Assembly (NCBI GenBank): GCA_016214265.1
Contig: JACROU010000045.1
Location: 1,072 to 65,071 of the forward strand
Origin: Candidatus Omnitrophota bacterium
GTDB lineage: Bacteria > Omnitrophota > Omnitrophia > Omnitrophales > JACROU01
DNA length: 64,000 nucleotides
Direction: 5' to 3'
Below are positions 51,647 to 61,358 of this stretch, one piece after another. The translations under genes and the position numbers were made by a program. Every line of letters begins with the position of its first letter. The stretch's first letter is position 1. Below the pieces are notes generated by a model. It was given only the letters and a program-made list of their open reading frames with translations, was not told where the DNA came from and searched no databases.

Positions 51647-52759
51647 TTAATAAATTCCTTCCTCAACTTTGAATTGTTGTTGCTCGAGGGGGCACGGATC
51701 GGCCAGCCCGTCCCAAATTGAGCCGAATAATTTTTCTTCATCCCCTGCCTCGACATGAACTGCGGTATCCCGTTCCATCACATTGGGGAGAAAATAACTT
51801 TCATCCAAACGGTGGAACACGACCTGTCCCCGTTTGCCAACAGTCACCTGCCGGCGCAACCGTTCGGAATCAGGCAATGTTTGATCTAGCGAAATCAAGC
51901 GGATGATGACCCTGTCATGATGAGGGAAATAACAGTTTAGGCCATTCTCTTTGCTGAGATCTTTCACACTATGGCAGACACCGAACAGTGAATTGCCATA
52001 GCCCATAATCACTTTCGCGTTCGGAAAAGCCGCCTTGAATTTCTCCCGCGTTTCCGGCTTAAGCGGCATGCCACCCAAATAAATTCCCCGGATTTTCTTT
52101 CGCCGCGAATCCGTCAACCGGTCGATCAAAGCCTCAAGCACCACCGGCGTCACAAAAACATTCTCAATCTGCTGCGTGTTCCAAACCGAAAGCGCTTGCG
52201 AGAGAATATGCTCCAAATACCGAGCCCGGGCCACTGAACCTGTTTCGAGTTTCCGGTACCAGCGCGGATCAAAATCGATGGAAAAGGCATCCGAACCGCT
52301 CATTTCTTTGGCAATGGCATTACAGGCTTTGCCAATCACGTGAGGACCTCCCGGCCCGATCCAAAGCCAGCGGCCCACGCCTGAAAAATCAAGCGCCATC
52401 GCCACGCCAATAAAACTTTCCACAAAAATTTTGTGGAACTCTTCCTCAAAATAAGCCGTGATCTTGGGACGGCCTGTCGCGCCTCCGGTTTCGGCCGTAA
52501 TCAGTTTGCGATTTTGTTGCAGAAATCGCATCGGAATAAAATCTTCTACCGGGCGCACCGACAAATCATTCAAATTCATCGGGCCCAGCCGCCACAAATC
52601 ATCCTCGGTCTGAATTTGATCCTGAATTGAAAAACCCAGGACCTTTTCTTTCTCAAGCCAATAACGGCTTCCCGATTGAGGATCCAGATGAATTTCCAGT
52701 ATCCGTTGCAGCCTCTTGGACGGGGCAAGAACATTTTCTTTTCCCGAAAACAATTTCAT
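51647..52759 (-). CDS. EhpF/LuxE-like adenylate-forming enzyme
   Basis: H.DP..GSRYW, P-loop ETGGATGRPK, GPGGPH, DFDPRW, GYGNSLFG, PNVMERD. Confidence 0.7.
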   Translation of the reverse strand: MKLFSGKENVLAPSKRLQRILEIHLDPQSGSRYWLEKEKVLGFSIQDQIQTEDDLWRLGPMNLNDLSVRPVEDFIPMRFLQQNRKLITAETGGATGRPKITAYFEEEFHKIFVESFIGVAMALDFSGVGRWLWIGPGGPHVIGKACNAIAKEMSGSDAFSIDFDPRWYRKLETGSVARARYLEHILSQALSVWNTQQIENVFVTPVVLEALIDRLTDSRRKKIRGIYLGGMPLKPETREKFKAAFPNAKVIMGYGNSLFGVCHSVKDLSKENGLNCYFPHHDRVIIRLISLDQTLPDSERLRRQVTVGKRGQVVFHRLDESYFLPNVMERDTAVHVEAGDEEKLFGSIWDGLADPCPLEQQQFKVEEGIY

Positions 52760-54336
52760 GCCTCGGCCAGCTCCTCAAGAATACGGGTGTTGATGTTGCG
52801 AAAATGTTCGCTGAAAATATAACCCAGCTTCAAACACATGGCCTGATCGCCCAAAAGTTTCAACCGTCCCTGGAACAGAGCTTCGCGCGGATCCAGAGCT
52901 CCGCTCACTATTAACTGAAAAATCGTTTCATTCATTTCATAGCCAAAATCAGAATTGAGTTTCTCGAGCTCCTGACATTTACGAACGGAACCGCAATCAA
53001 ACTCCACGAGCTTTTCCACCGGACGGTCCCCCGTCACCCGGAAAAGCACCCGCGCTTTCACAAATTGAATCCGTTTCATAAAACTGTCGCCAAAATCATT
53101 TTCACTGAACCGTTCCAGATAGCGCTCCGGTTCTTCGGCACTCAAACAGCTCAAAGCCAACGCGTTGAGCCTCGGCGAGACTTTCCGGTTCACATATTTT
53201 TCAAGCTGAACGATGAAATCCCGGGCGATGGTTTCCAAACTCATCGTGTCCGCATGCGTCATCTCGGAACCGGTAACTGCCGGTTTCAAATCAAACACAG
53301 GAGACGAATACAGATAAGGCTCGTAAACACGCGTCGTGCGGAAAAAGCGCTCCTCAAACGGCGTGCGGCTTTTTTGCTTCCAATCTTCTTTTTCCACCAA
53401 TTCGATTCCCTCAAGTCCAAGCACGCGGCAAAAAACCGCGCGGGACTGTCCGATCGTCACTTCGGTTGAGGACAGCACGTCGAACACTTGCGACCGAATT
53501 GGCCGCTTGATCAAATTCTCAAGAATCCGGTCCGCCAGATAAAATACCGACACTAGATTCAGCCGGGTATTGGGATTCGCTCCGACCCGCATGGGAATCC
53601 TGTAAATGGAATCGCGCAGTTCAATGCCGTATTGCCGCGTCAGTTTTTTTCCGTCATGAAAATCGTCGTGGCAGCATTCCCGGATAAAATGAAGGAGTTT
53701 CAAAAAAGTGTAGAGCGTCGTCATCGTCTGCGCTTCCCCAATCACCTGTCCGCCCACCACAATGCTGGGCCGGTAAACAGAAATGACGGGCTCAGAACCA
53801 GCAAACTGCTTCTGAAGAAAAACCTCGGCTTCGAATTTTGATTTCTCATAGGGATTTTTGAATGTCTGATAACGATTGAGTTCGTTGGATGAAAAACAGA
53901 AAGGATAATTCCCCGCCACAAACGCGGTGCTGACATGATGGAAATTTTTGATTTTGAGCTTTTGGCAAAGTTCAAACGCGTGACGCACACCATCAGTATT
54001 TTGCGAGCAAATCTCGGATTCCTTGTCCTCATCGAAACACGTCATGCCAGCGCAATGAACGAAGGCATCGATGTTTCCGGTCAGGTCAGCGATGGCCTGA
54101 GAGCCAAGTCCGCAACCGGCTTGCGACACATCCCCTTCCAGAACCGTTAAGCGGTGATCGCGGTTAAGCGAACGAAGTTCTGGAAACGCATCGAAAAAGT
54201 GGGCCAGCCGTCCTTCCAGCAAGCCTTTTCGCCGGCGAAGGATGAGCGTCACGCGAAAATCTTCCGCCAAAAGACGCGCCAATACGTGCCGGCCAATATA
54301 TCCCGTTGCCCCTGTGAGTAACATATGCTGTGTCAA
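52756..54336 (-). CDS. Extended SDR (acyl/thioester-reductase-like) fused to a C-terminal SCP2 domain
   Basis: TGATGYIG, HVSTAFVAG, YEKSK, RPSIVVG; C-terminal SGALDPREALFQGRLKLLGD. Confidence 0.85.
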   Translation of the reverse strand: MTQHMLLTGATGYIGRHVLARLLAEDFRVTLILRRRKGLLEGRLAHFFDAFPELRSLNRDHRLTVLEGDVSQAGCGLGSQAIADLTGNIDAFVHCAGMTCFDEDKESEICSQNTDGVRHAFELCQKLKIKNFHHVSTAFVAGNYPFCFSSNELNRYQTFKNPYEKSKFEAEVFLQKQFAGSEPVISVYRPSIVVGGQVIGEAQTMTTLYTFLKLLHFIRECCHDDFHDGKKLTRQYGIELRDSIYRIPMRVGANPNTRLNLVSVFYLADRILENLIKRPIRSQVFDVLSSTEVTIGQSRAVFCRVLGLEGIELVEKEDWKQKSRTPFEERFFRTTRVYEPYLYSSPVFDLKPAVTGSEMTHADTMSLETIARDFIVQLEKYVNRKVSPRLNALALSCLSAEEPERYLERFSENDFGDSFMKRIQFVKARVLFRVTGDRPVEKLVEFDCGSVRKCQELEKLNSDFGYEMNETIFQLIVSGALDPREALFQGRLKLLGDQAMCLKLGYIFSEHFRNINTRILEELAEA

Positions 54337-54384
54337 GGATAGGTCAATCCGTTCTTTGATAGGCTGAAATAAATTTCGTTCAGT

Positions 54385-55932
54385 CTAAAATTTTTGTTCA
54401 AAAGCTTTTTCGGGAAGCCTCAGGTATTTTTCCAGAATTTGAGGATCATCAAAATCTGCCTGATCAAAATAAATCATCAACGTTCCTCGCTGCCGAGGGG
54501 TTCCTGCATGATAGATTCCGGAAGCCGCAAGCAACGCTGCCTCCAGCCGGTCCACGTTCCGGACCAAACCATTTCTGTCGAACATGCTGATGGTCCCCCC
54601 GTTGAACGGAAGGCTCTCCAATTCATCATACGAAAGTAATTTATAGGAACCGCGTTCGTTGGCCTGAACGTTTTCCGGCAATTTCGGCTGAATCTCCATT
54701 ACCTCATGGGTGCCGGAAGAATAAAGGGCGATTTCGTGAGAGTTCCCTCTAAAAATCTCCACCAGCGCGGGCACATCCGCATCGATTTTTTTAGGTACCT
54801 TATTTTCAAGCACGAAATGCTTGCTGGCTAACGGAGTTTCATACTTTTCTTTGGCCCATTTCTCTAAAATTTGAGTCGGGAAAATTTTATAATAGCAGCC
54901 GCAGCTCGAAACATTTTCATACACCAGCGGCTCATTGAATTTATTTAACGCGATGCGGATAATCGATCCTTGCGTGGAGCCGACTTCCGGATCGAAACCG
55001 CCATTCAATTGCGGCCGTTCCGGAAACCACATCGTGTACACCAGAAATTTGACGCTCGCGCCTTGCACCATTTTCGTTTCGGCATAAGCATAAATCACTG
55101 GTTCGGCCACGTTCACTTTTGGCTGAGCTTTGGCGGCAGTCTTGCCTTCGATAACAATTTTTCCGAACTGGTCGTCTTTGGGATCAAAATTGATTTTCTC
55201 TTTTTTCTCCATCGCAATCACCGGGGCGTAATATTGAAGAAGCTGCCAATCATTAACCTCGGTCATCTCCTCCAACGCATCCGGAAAACTAACCGCTTCG
55301 GGACGATAAACATCGACTTGTTTCAAATTCAATTTCGGAGCAGTATGCGGTGTGGTCATGACGTGATAGCCCATCCAAGCGCGGACAAACGGAGAAAACG
55401 GCAGCAGCAACAGCTGTCTTATGGTTCGTCCCCGCGTTTTGATCGAAGAGGCGATATGCGTGGTGATGGTTTTAAAATAGCGGTCGAGCGATTGCGGATT
55501 TTGAATGCTTTCGACTTGATGAATTTCACCCTCTAATTTTTCAGAAGCATCCTTTTTGTACGACACCAGAACATGATCGTAGGCATCTCCCATTTTCTGC
55601 GCCGGAATGCGTTTCAACTCCAACTCCGTCGCTTTGTCTCCCAGCTCCTTCGCTTCGGTCAGTGTTTTGACAATAAACTTCCGTTTCGTTTCAAGGTCAC
55701 CGAATGTCCTGTACTCCTCCAGCCGGGATTTGGATTCCATATCAAACACCAAAAATTCTTTTTTCCGGACTTCAAAATAGCGGGCATCAGACACGGCTTC
55801 TTTTTGAATCAGCTTGTGGACAGTCTTCACCGAATCTGTTTCTAAAATCCGGGAACGCGATGTGGAAGCACACCCCGAAACAAACAAGACGGTAAGTACG
55901 ACAGACAGGAATTTATTGATTCGATTTTTCAT
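54385..55932 (-). CDS. Lipoprotein of unknown function
   Basis: Lipobox VSGC; internal SSCGCYY; translationally coupled to tlpA. Confidence 0.75.
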   Translation of the reverse strand: MKNRINKFLSVVLTVLFVSGCASTSRSRILETDSVKTVHKLIQKEAVSDARYFEVRKKEFLVFDMESKSRLEEYRTFGDLETKRKFIVKTLTEAKELGDKATELELKRIPAQKMGDAYDHVLVSYKKDASEKLEGEIHQVESIQNPQSLDRYFKTITTHIASSIKTRGRTIRQLLLLPFSPFVRAWMGYHVMTTPHTAPKLNLKQVDVYRPEAVSFPDALEEMTEVNDWQLLQYYAPVIAMEKKEKINFDPKDDQFGKIVIEGKTAAKAQPKVNVAEPVIYAYAETKMVQGASVKFLVYTMWFPERPQLNGGFDPEVGSTQGSIIRIALNKFNEPLVYENVSSCGCYYKIFPTQILEKWAKEKYETPLASKHFVLENKVPKKIDADVPALVEIFRGNSHEIALYSSGTHEVMEIQPKLPENVQANERGSYKLLSYDELESLPFNGGTISMFDRNGLVRNVDRLEAALLAASGIYHAGTPRQRGTLMIYFDQADFDDPQILEKYLRLPEKAFEQKF

Positions 55933-56429
55933 ACAAGAGCCTTTTCAACGTCTTTGGCTAATTCATCCGAATATTCATGATATTCGCCGAGGATTTTCCC
56001 ATTGGTATCAATCAAAAATGAAGCGGGTAGCCCCACCACGCCGTACTCTTTTGCCGTCTCGGACCCGGAATCCAGCCAAACCGGATAATTGATCGCGAAT
56101 TTATCTTTATAGATGGCAACTTTTTTATCAGACTCCCCCACATCCACGCCTAAAATCGTGAACGATTTTTCGGAGAATTTCTTTTGCAGTTCGACTAGCT
56201 GCGGAATTTCATGCTGGCACGCGCGACACCAGGTGGCCCAAAAGTTGATCAGCACCACTTTCTTTTCTTTCAGCAAATCATTGAGATTTGAATTTTTGCC
56301 CTCAACCGAAGTGAGAGAAAATTTTGGGGCTTGTTGTCCCTGTCCCATGTCAGCATATCCCCGCCCCAAAACCGTAACCATAAATAGAAGAGCCAGGCCG
56401 CAAATCACCAAATTATTTTTTGATGTCAT
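55929..56429 (-). CDS. TlpA/ResA-like thiol-disulfide oxidoreductase
   Basis: AP.FSL, NFWATWCRAC..E.P, YGV.GLP.SFLID..G. Confidence 0.92.
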   Translation of the reverse strand: MTSKNNLVICGLALLFMVTVLGRGYADMGQGQQAPKFSLTSVEGKNSNLNDLLKEKKVVLINFWATWCRACQHEIPQLVELQKKFSEKSFTILGVDVGESDKKVAIYKDKFAINYPVWLDSGSETAKEYGVVGLPASFLIDTNGKILGEYHEYSDELAKDVEKALV

Positions 56430-57130
56430 ACCAGCAATCCTCCCATTTTGATAAAAAGATATTCCGCAGCCAAAATCAGCAAAAAACCGAATATTTTCTT
56501 GATCCGCTCAAGCCAAATTCCCGACTTGGGCATGGACGCGATCAATCCCGTAAACGTTCCGAGCAGAATAAATAAAAATCCGACGCCGTAACCAAAAACA
56601 AAAAGCAGTGAAAATCCGTAAAATAAATTTTTCTTGCTCCCGACGTAAACCAGAATCGAGGCAAGCACTGGCGCGGTACAAGGCCCAACAATCAGTCCCG
56701 CAAGCGCGCCCATGATAAACACGCCCAGGACGCCTTCTTTTTTTTTCTGAAGCTTGCTGGGGAAAATTTGTATTTGCGGAAAAATATATTCGCTCACCAT
56801 CGACAGTCCGAAAAACAAATAGGCATTCCCGACGACAAAATAGGTCCACGGATTCGATGAAATCTGTCCGAAAAGCTGCCCGGACATGGACGCAATCAGT
56901 CCCAAAACGGCGTAGCTGATGGCCATTCCCAAAACAAAAATGAGCGAAATCGTAAACCCTCGAAACCGGGATCCGGAACTCCGCGCGCCAATGACGCCAA
57001 GTGTGAGCGGGATTACCGGATAAACGCACGGGGTGAAACTCACGAGAATTCCTGCGAGGTAAACCGCGATGAAAGCCAGTATGGGATGAAAGTGAATCAT
57101 CTCTTGTGTGTTCGCAAAAAATGCCTGCAT
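56426..57130 (-). CDS. ccdA: CcdA/DsbD-like transmembrane reductant conduit
   Basis: SFTPCVYP.IP and GPCTAP in a polytopic membrane protein. Confidence 0.9.
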   Translation of the reverse strand: MQAFFANTQEMIHFHPILAFIAVYLAGILVSFTPCVYPVIPLTLGVIGARSSGSRFRGFTISLIFVLGMAISYAVLGLIASMSGQLFGQISSNPWTYFVVGNAYLFFGLSMVSEYIFPQIQIFPSKLQKKKEGVLGVFIMGALAGLIVGPCTAPVLASILVYVGSKKNLFYGFSLLFVFGYGVGFLFILLGTFTGLIASMPKSGIWLERIKKIFGFLLILAAEYLFIKMGGLLV

Positions 57131-57179
57131 CGTTGCTCCTAGATGGTCGAATTTGAATCGAAACTATCGGAAGAATCTA

Positions 57180-57217
57180 CTGAAAGCAAATGAAATTAAC
57201 ATGAACTCAGTATGAAA
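57180..57217. promoter_or_regulatory. Tandem direct repeats, candidate OmpR-family binding site
   Basis: ATGAAA (57190), ATGAAC (57201), ATGAAA (57212) at 11-bp spacing, plus CTGAAA at 57180, upstream of ccdA. Confidence 0.5.
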
Positions 57218-57259
57218 TTCTGATCATTTTGGAAGACGGCTGGGAAATAATTGCGAAGC

Positions 57260-58681
57260 TTAGAACGGCAGGGAAACCGTAAATACTGTCCCCTGTTCCA
57301 GTTGGCTCTCTACGTGAATCGTGCCTTCGTGGGCGGAAACAATGGCTTTGCAGACAGACAGCCCAAGGCCATAATTCGTAATTCCGGACGACCGGGAGGG
57401 GTCAACACGGTAAAACCGGTCAAAAATTTTATCCAGGTGTTCCGCCGCAATTCCGCGCCCCGTATCCGAAATTTTCATCACAACCTGATGTCCTTCCGGG
57501 GCAGCTTCGATGCAAACCTTGCCTCCGGGACGGTTATAATTGATAGCATTATCCACGAGATTAAACAGAAGCTGGCGAAGCAATGTTTTATCCCCGCGAA
57601 CTACGATTTCATCCGATAATTTTTGCGCCAATTGAACATTTTTTGAAACATGAAGCGGTTCGAAAAAATCGAGAAGCTCGTCTAGAAGTTTCCCAAGCGA
57701 AACCCTCTCGGCATGCAATTTCACCTGCCCGTTATCTACCCGCGCCAGAAAAAGCATGCTTTCAATGAGCTGGGAGAGTCGCTCCAACTCCTCCAATTGA
57801 CTGACCAGCACGTCCTGATACTCAGCGAGTTCCCTTTTTTTACCGAGCGTCACCTCAATCTGATTTTTCATGACCGCAATCGGAGTTTTCAGTTCGTGGG
57901 ACGCGTCCGAAGTGAACTGGGAAATTCTTTCATACGAATTCTGAATACGCGCCAGCATCGTATTAAAGGTGGACGCCAGCCGATCAAAATCGTCCCCGCT
58001 TCCTTTTAACGTCAGCCGTTCATCCAGTTTGTTGACCGTAATCGCTTCCATTTTTTTGGTGATTCTTCGAACCGGCCGGAGCGCAAACCAGGCCAAAACC
58101 CAGCCAAAAATTACTGCCATCAAAAACAAATTGGGCAGCATCCAGAATAATTTGTCTAAATAAATTTGCAGTTTTTCATGAATCACATCCAGATAAGATC
58201 CAATAAAAATATAATTGACCGTCTGCCCCCGGTCATCCGCAGACACATAAGCAGCGACATAATATCTTTTTCCTTTTGGATCTTTGACATCAAAAAACAT
58301 TTCACTGTTCTTCTTGACCTGCAAAGCATCAAGACGTTTGAGCACATCCTCAAAGCCTCCACCACCGGCATAGCTGATCACTTTTCTTTTGGAATCTAGA
58401 ATTTGGTAACTGGACGAATACTCCGGACGCTCGGAAAGTTCCTTGTCAATCCACTGTACTAGTTCCAGACCAAATGGCTGACGTTTCAGCATCGAAGCCA
58501 CTTCCTGAGTTTCGTGACCAAGAAAAAACGCAGCCCCTTTGTAAAGAGTCCGCCGAAGACCGAAATAGAAATATCCCGCAAGGATGGTGATAATTAGGAG
58601 GAAAAAGAGCGCATTCCACAGTGCCAATTGAATGCGAATGCCACCAAAAAACCGCGTGAAAAAATTCTGTTTATTGATCAA
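57260..58681 (-). CDS. Sensor histidine kinase (CusS-like, HAMP-HisKA-HATPase)
   Basis: Two TM helices, DASHELKTP, NLVDNA, DTGRGI, FDRFYR, GLGLS. Confidence 0.92.
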   Translation of the reverse strand: MINKQNFFTRFFGGIRIQLALWNALFFLLIITILAGYFYFGLRRTLYKGAAFFLGHETQEVASMLKRQPFGLELVQWIDKELSERPEYSSSYQILDSKRKVISYAGGGGFEDVLKRLDALQVKKNSEMFFDVKDPKGKRYYVAAYVSADDRGQTVNYIFIGSYLDVIHEKLQIYLDKLFWMLPNLFLMAVIFGWVLAWFALRPVRRITKKMEAITVNKLDERLTLKGSGDDFDRLASTFNTMLARIQNSYERISQFTSDASHELKTPIAVMKNQIEVTLGKKRELAEYQDVLVSQLEELERLSQLIESMLFLARVDNGQVKLHAERVSLGKLLDELLDFFEPLHVSKNVQLAQKLSDEIVVRGDKTLLRQLLFNLVDNAINYNRPGGKVCIEAAPEGHQVVMKISDTGRGIAAEHLDKIFDRFYRVDPSRSSGITNYGLGLSVCKAIVSAHEGTIHVESQLEQGTVFTVSLPF

Positions 58682-59339
58682 TGGAATAACCGACTCCTTT
58701 TATCGTTTTGATTAATTTCCGCTCAAAATCGCTGTCGATTTTCTCCCGAAGCCGTTTAATGTGAACATCGATCACATTCGAACCGGTAATCGCCGAGTAA
58801 TCCCAGATATGCTCCATCATCACTGAGCGGGTCATCACCCGTCCCTTATTTTCTATAAGGTGCTGAAGAATGGCGAATTCTTTAGGACGAAGATCAATTT
58901 TTTGACCGCCACGAATGACTTCACGAGTGGCAAGATTCATTGTGAGATCGTCGATTTTTAAAATATTTTGAGGGGCACCGCTTTTCCGACGGTGAATCGC
59001 ACGAATGCGGGCCAGAAGCTCGGTAAACGAAAACGGCTTCACCAGATAATCGTCTCCGCCCAAATCCAATCCTCGAACGCGGTCTTCGAGCGATCCTTTC
59101 GCGCTTAAAATCAGAACGGGCATGTGACTGGAACTGTCCCTGATTTTTTTCAGCACCTCCAGGCCATCCATTTTGGGCAGAAGAACATCGAGGATAATGC
59201 AATCGTAAGCGACGCTTTCGGTGAATTCCAGCCCTTCAACGCCGTCATAGGCGACGTCCACGGCGTATGACTGTTCCTCCAGTCCTTTTTTCAATGACAG
59301 CGCCAGTTTTTTTTGATCTTCAATAATCAAAATTCGCAT
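58671..59339 (-). CDS. OmpR-family response regulator (CusR-like)
   Basis: RILIIED, ILDV.LP, DDYLVKPF, NVIDVHI.RLR.KI, TIKGVGY. Confidence 0.95.
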   Translation of the reverse strand: MRILIIEDQKKLALSLKKGLEEQSYAVDVAYDGVEGLEFTESVAYDCIILDVLLPKMDGLEVLKKIRDSSSHMPVLILSAKGSLEDRVRGLDLGGDDYLVKPFSFTELLARIRAIHRRKSGAPQNILKIDDLTMNLATREVIRGGQKIDLRPKEFAILQHLIENKGRVMTRSVMMEHIWDYSAITGSNVIDVHIKRLREKIDSDFERKLIKTIKGVGYSIDQ

Positions 59340-59345
59340 AACTGG

Positions 59346-60773
59346 TCAACGTTCACCAAGATAATGGATTTTGGCCATAAAACGTGCGGTCGGCAGCGCT
59401 TGCTTGCCCGAAATAAGCACGACGGGGTCTCCGGGCTTTAGTAGTCCGTGACGCAAAATCAGGCTGTCTCCCAAACGAATCATTTCATCCGCACTGCCAG
59501 AATGCGGAATCAAAATGGGCACCACACCCCGAAGCAAAGTCATCCGCAAAATCTCTTGTTTCGACGATGCAAAAACAAAAATGGGGCAATTAGGACGCAG
59601 TTTTGAAACGAGAAGCGCGGTTCTTCCCGAAACGGTAAACACAACAATCGCTTTCGCGCCCATATTATTGGCTGCGTCGAAGGCCGCATGAGTAATAGCC
59701 CTAATCGGCGAAAATCGTTTTTCATGACGGGCACCGTTCACGTCGTGAAGCGACGGAGGCATGACGTGCTGTTCGGTCTCGCGCAAAATCTTGGCCATCA
59801 CCCGCACCGATTCAACCGGGTATTTTCCGATTGATGTTTCCCCGGAAAGCATCACAGCATCAGTGCCGTCAAAGACCGCGTTAGCGATGTCGGATACCTC
59901 CGCCCGGGTCGGATGATTCGCTTCCATCATCGTCTCCAGCATTTGCGTTGCGGTAATGACCGGTTTATTGATTCGCCGGCAGAGTTCAATCAAAGCTTTT
60001 TGAATCGCCGGAACTTTTTCAACGCCCAGCTCAATACCCAAATCGCCGCGAGCGATCATCATCACGTCCGCCACAGTCATCACAGCATCGATATTTTTAA
60101 CCGCACTAGGTTTCTCAATTTTGGCAATCACCGGAATTTCTTTATGATTCCGTTTCAGCCACCGTTTAATCGTATTTACATCTTCCGCACTGCGGATAAA
60201 GGAAAGAGCGATGTAATCCACATTCATTCCGGCCGCAATGCGAAGATCCATCAGATCTTTTTCCGTTAGCGCCGGCAGTGTGGCGGGCGCATACGGCAAA
60301 TTAATTCCTTTGTTTTCGCCTAAAACCCCTCCCGAAATAACCCGGCATTTAACCCCTTCATGATTCACGCGCAGAACTTCCAGTTCCATATTTCCATTAT
60401 CGAGAAGAACTCTGTCCCCCTTCTTGACCATTAGAGGAAACTCGCGGCACGAAGTGGTGATCACATGCCCCGATCCCGGCATATTTCCGATCAGAATCAA
60501 AAACTCCTCGCCGTTTTTAAGTGCGAGCGGCGTCTTCGATTTTAATGTTCCGGTACGGACACGGGGACCTTGAAGATCCACAATAATACCGACACTCTTT
60601 TTCACCGACGCAGCGGCTTTTCTGATTATTTTAATCCACTGACGAAGCGTGGCAGGCGTTGTGTGCGACGCGTTAATGCGCAGCACATCGGCCCCTTTAA
60701 GAATCAAAGCCTCTAATTTTTCTGCCTGCCCACAAGCGGGTCCGACAGTTGCAACAATTTTGGTCTTCTTCAT
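59346..60773 (-). CDS. pyk: Pyruvate kinase
   Basis: TKIVATVGP, RINASH, DLQGP, AKIE, ARGDLG, ATQML, MLSGET. Confidence 0.97.
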   Translation of the reverse strand: MKKTKIVATVGPACGQAEKLEALILKGADVLRINASHTTPATLRQWIKIIRKAAASVKKSVGIIVDLQGPRVRTGTLKSKTPLALKNGEEFLILIGNMPGSGHVITTSCREFPLMVKKGDRVLLDNGNMELEVLRVNHEGVKCRVISGGVLGENKGINLPYAPATLPALTEKDLMDLRIAAGMNVDYIALSFIRSAEDVNTIKRWLKRNHKEIPVIAKIEKPSAVKNIDAVMTVADVMMIARGDLGIELGVEKVPAIQKALIELCRRINKPVITATQMLETMMEANHPTRAEVSDIANAVFDGTDAVMLSGETSIGKYPVESVRVMAKILRETEQHVMPPSLHDVNGARHEKRFSPIRAITHAAFDAANNMGAKAIVVFTVSGRTALLVSKLRPNCPIFVFASSKQEILRMTLLRGVVPILIPHSGSADEMIRLGDSLILRHGLLKPGDPVVLISGKQALPTARFMAKIHYLGER

Positions 60774-60796
60774 AACTCACCTGTTCTTGGTTATTA

Positions 60797-61228
60797 CTAC
60801 AAATTCTTTTTTTCCCAAGCCTTTAGCTGCTCGAGCGTCTCACGCATAAACTTTTTCGGATTGCGTTTAACTTTCTCAACACGCGCCTTAGCCATATCCG
60901 GAACGGCACGGTAGACGCCTCCCCATAGAATAAGTTCCACTAAAATCGGCAAGAGATCCTTGCCCGCCTGAGTCAGATAATAAAGTTTTTTGTTTTTATG
61001 TTTAGGATGCCTCATCAAATCGATAATCCCCGTCGAGGTCAGCCGTTTCAAGCGGTCGGAGAGAATATTCGTGGCAATCCCTTCCGGACCGGACAGAAAT
61101 TCGTGGTATTCGTGTTTATTCATGAACAAATCACGGATCACAAGTAGCGTCCAACGGTCCCCGAGAACATCGAGGGCATTGGCCACAGGGCAGCACGAGC
61201 GGCATTCGGTTTCTTTCAAGGGTTTCAT
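60797..61228 (-). CDS. HxlR/DUF24 winged-helix regulator
   Basis: CPVANALDVLGDRWTLLVIR, GIATNILSDRLK.L, Y.LT.AG..L; start moved to MKPLKET. Confidence 0.92.
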   Translation of the reverse strand: MKPLKETECRSCCPVANALDVLGDRWTLLVIRDLFMNKHEYHEFLSGPEGIATNILSDRLKRLTSTGIIDLMRHPKHKNKKLYYLTQAGKDLLPILVELILWGGVYRAVPDMAKARVEKVKRNPKKFMRETLEQLKAWEKKNL

Positions 61229-61264
61229 GCCGGGTACTATATCAGATTCCGCGCCCAAAATAAA

Positions 61265-61318
61265 ACTTGCACTTTGCAAGTGATTTGGATAGATTGGATT
61301 TACTTGCGTTTTGCAAGT
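61265..61318. promoter_or_regulatory. Two palindromic operators ACTTGC-N5-GCAAGT
   Basis: Copies at 61265-61281 and 61302-61318, between the divergent hxlR-like gene and its neighbour. Confidence 0.8.
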
Positions 61319-61358
61319 GATTGATAACGGAGGATTAAATAATAAAAGGAGAAGCACC

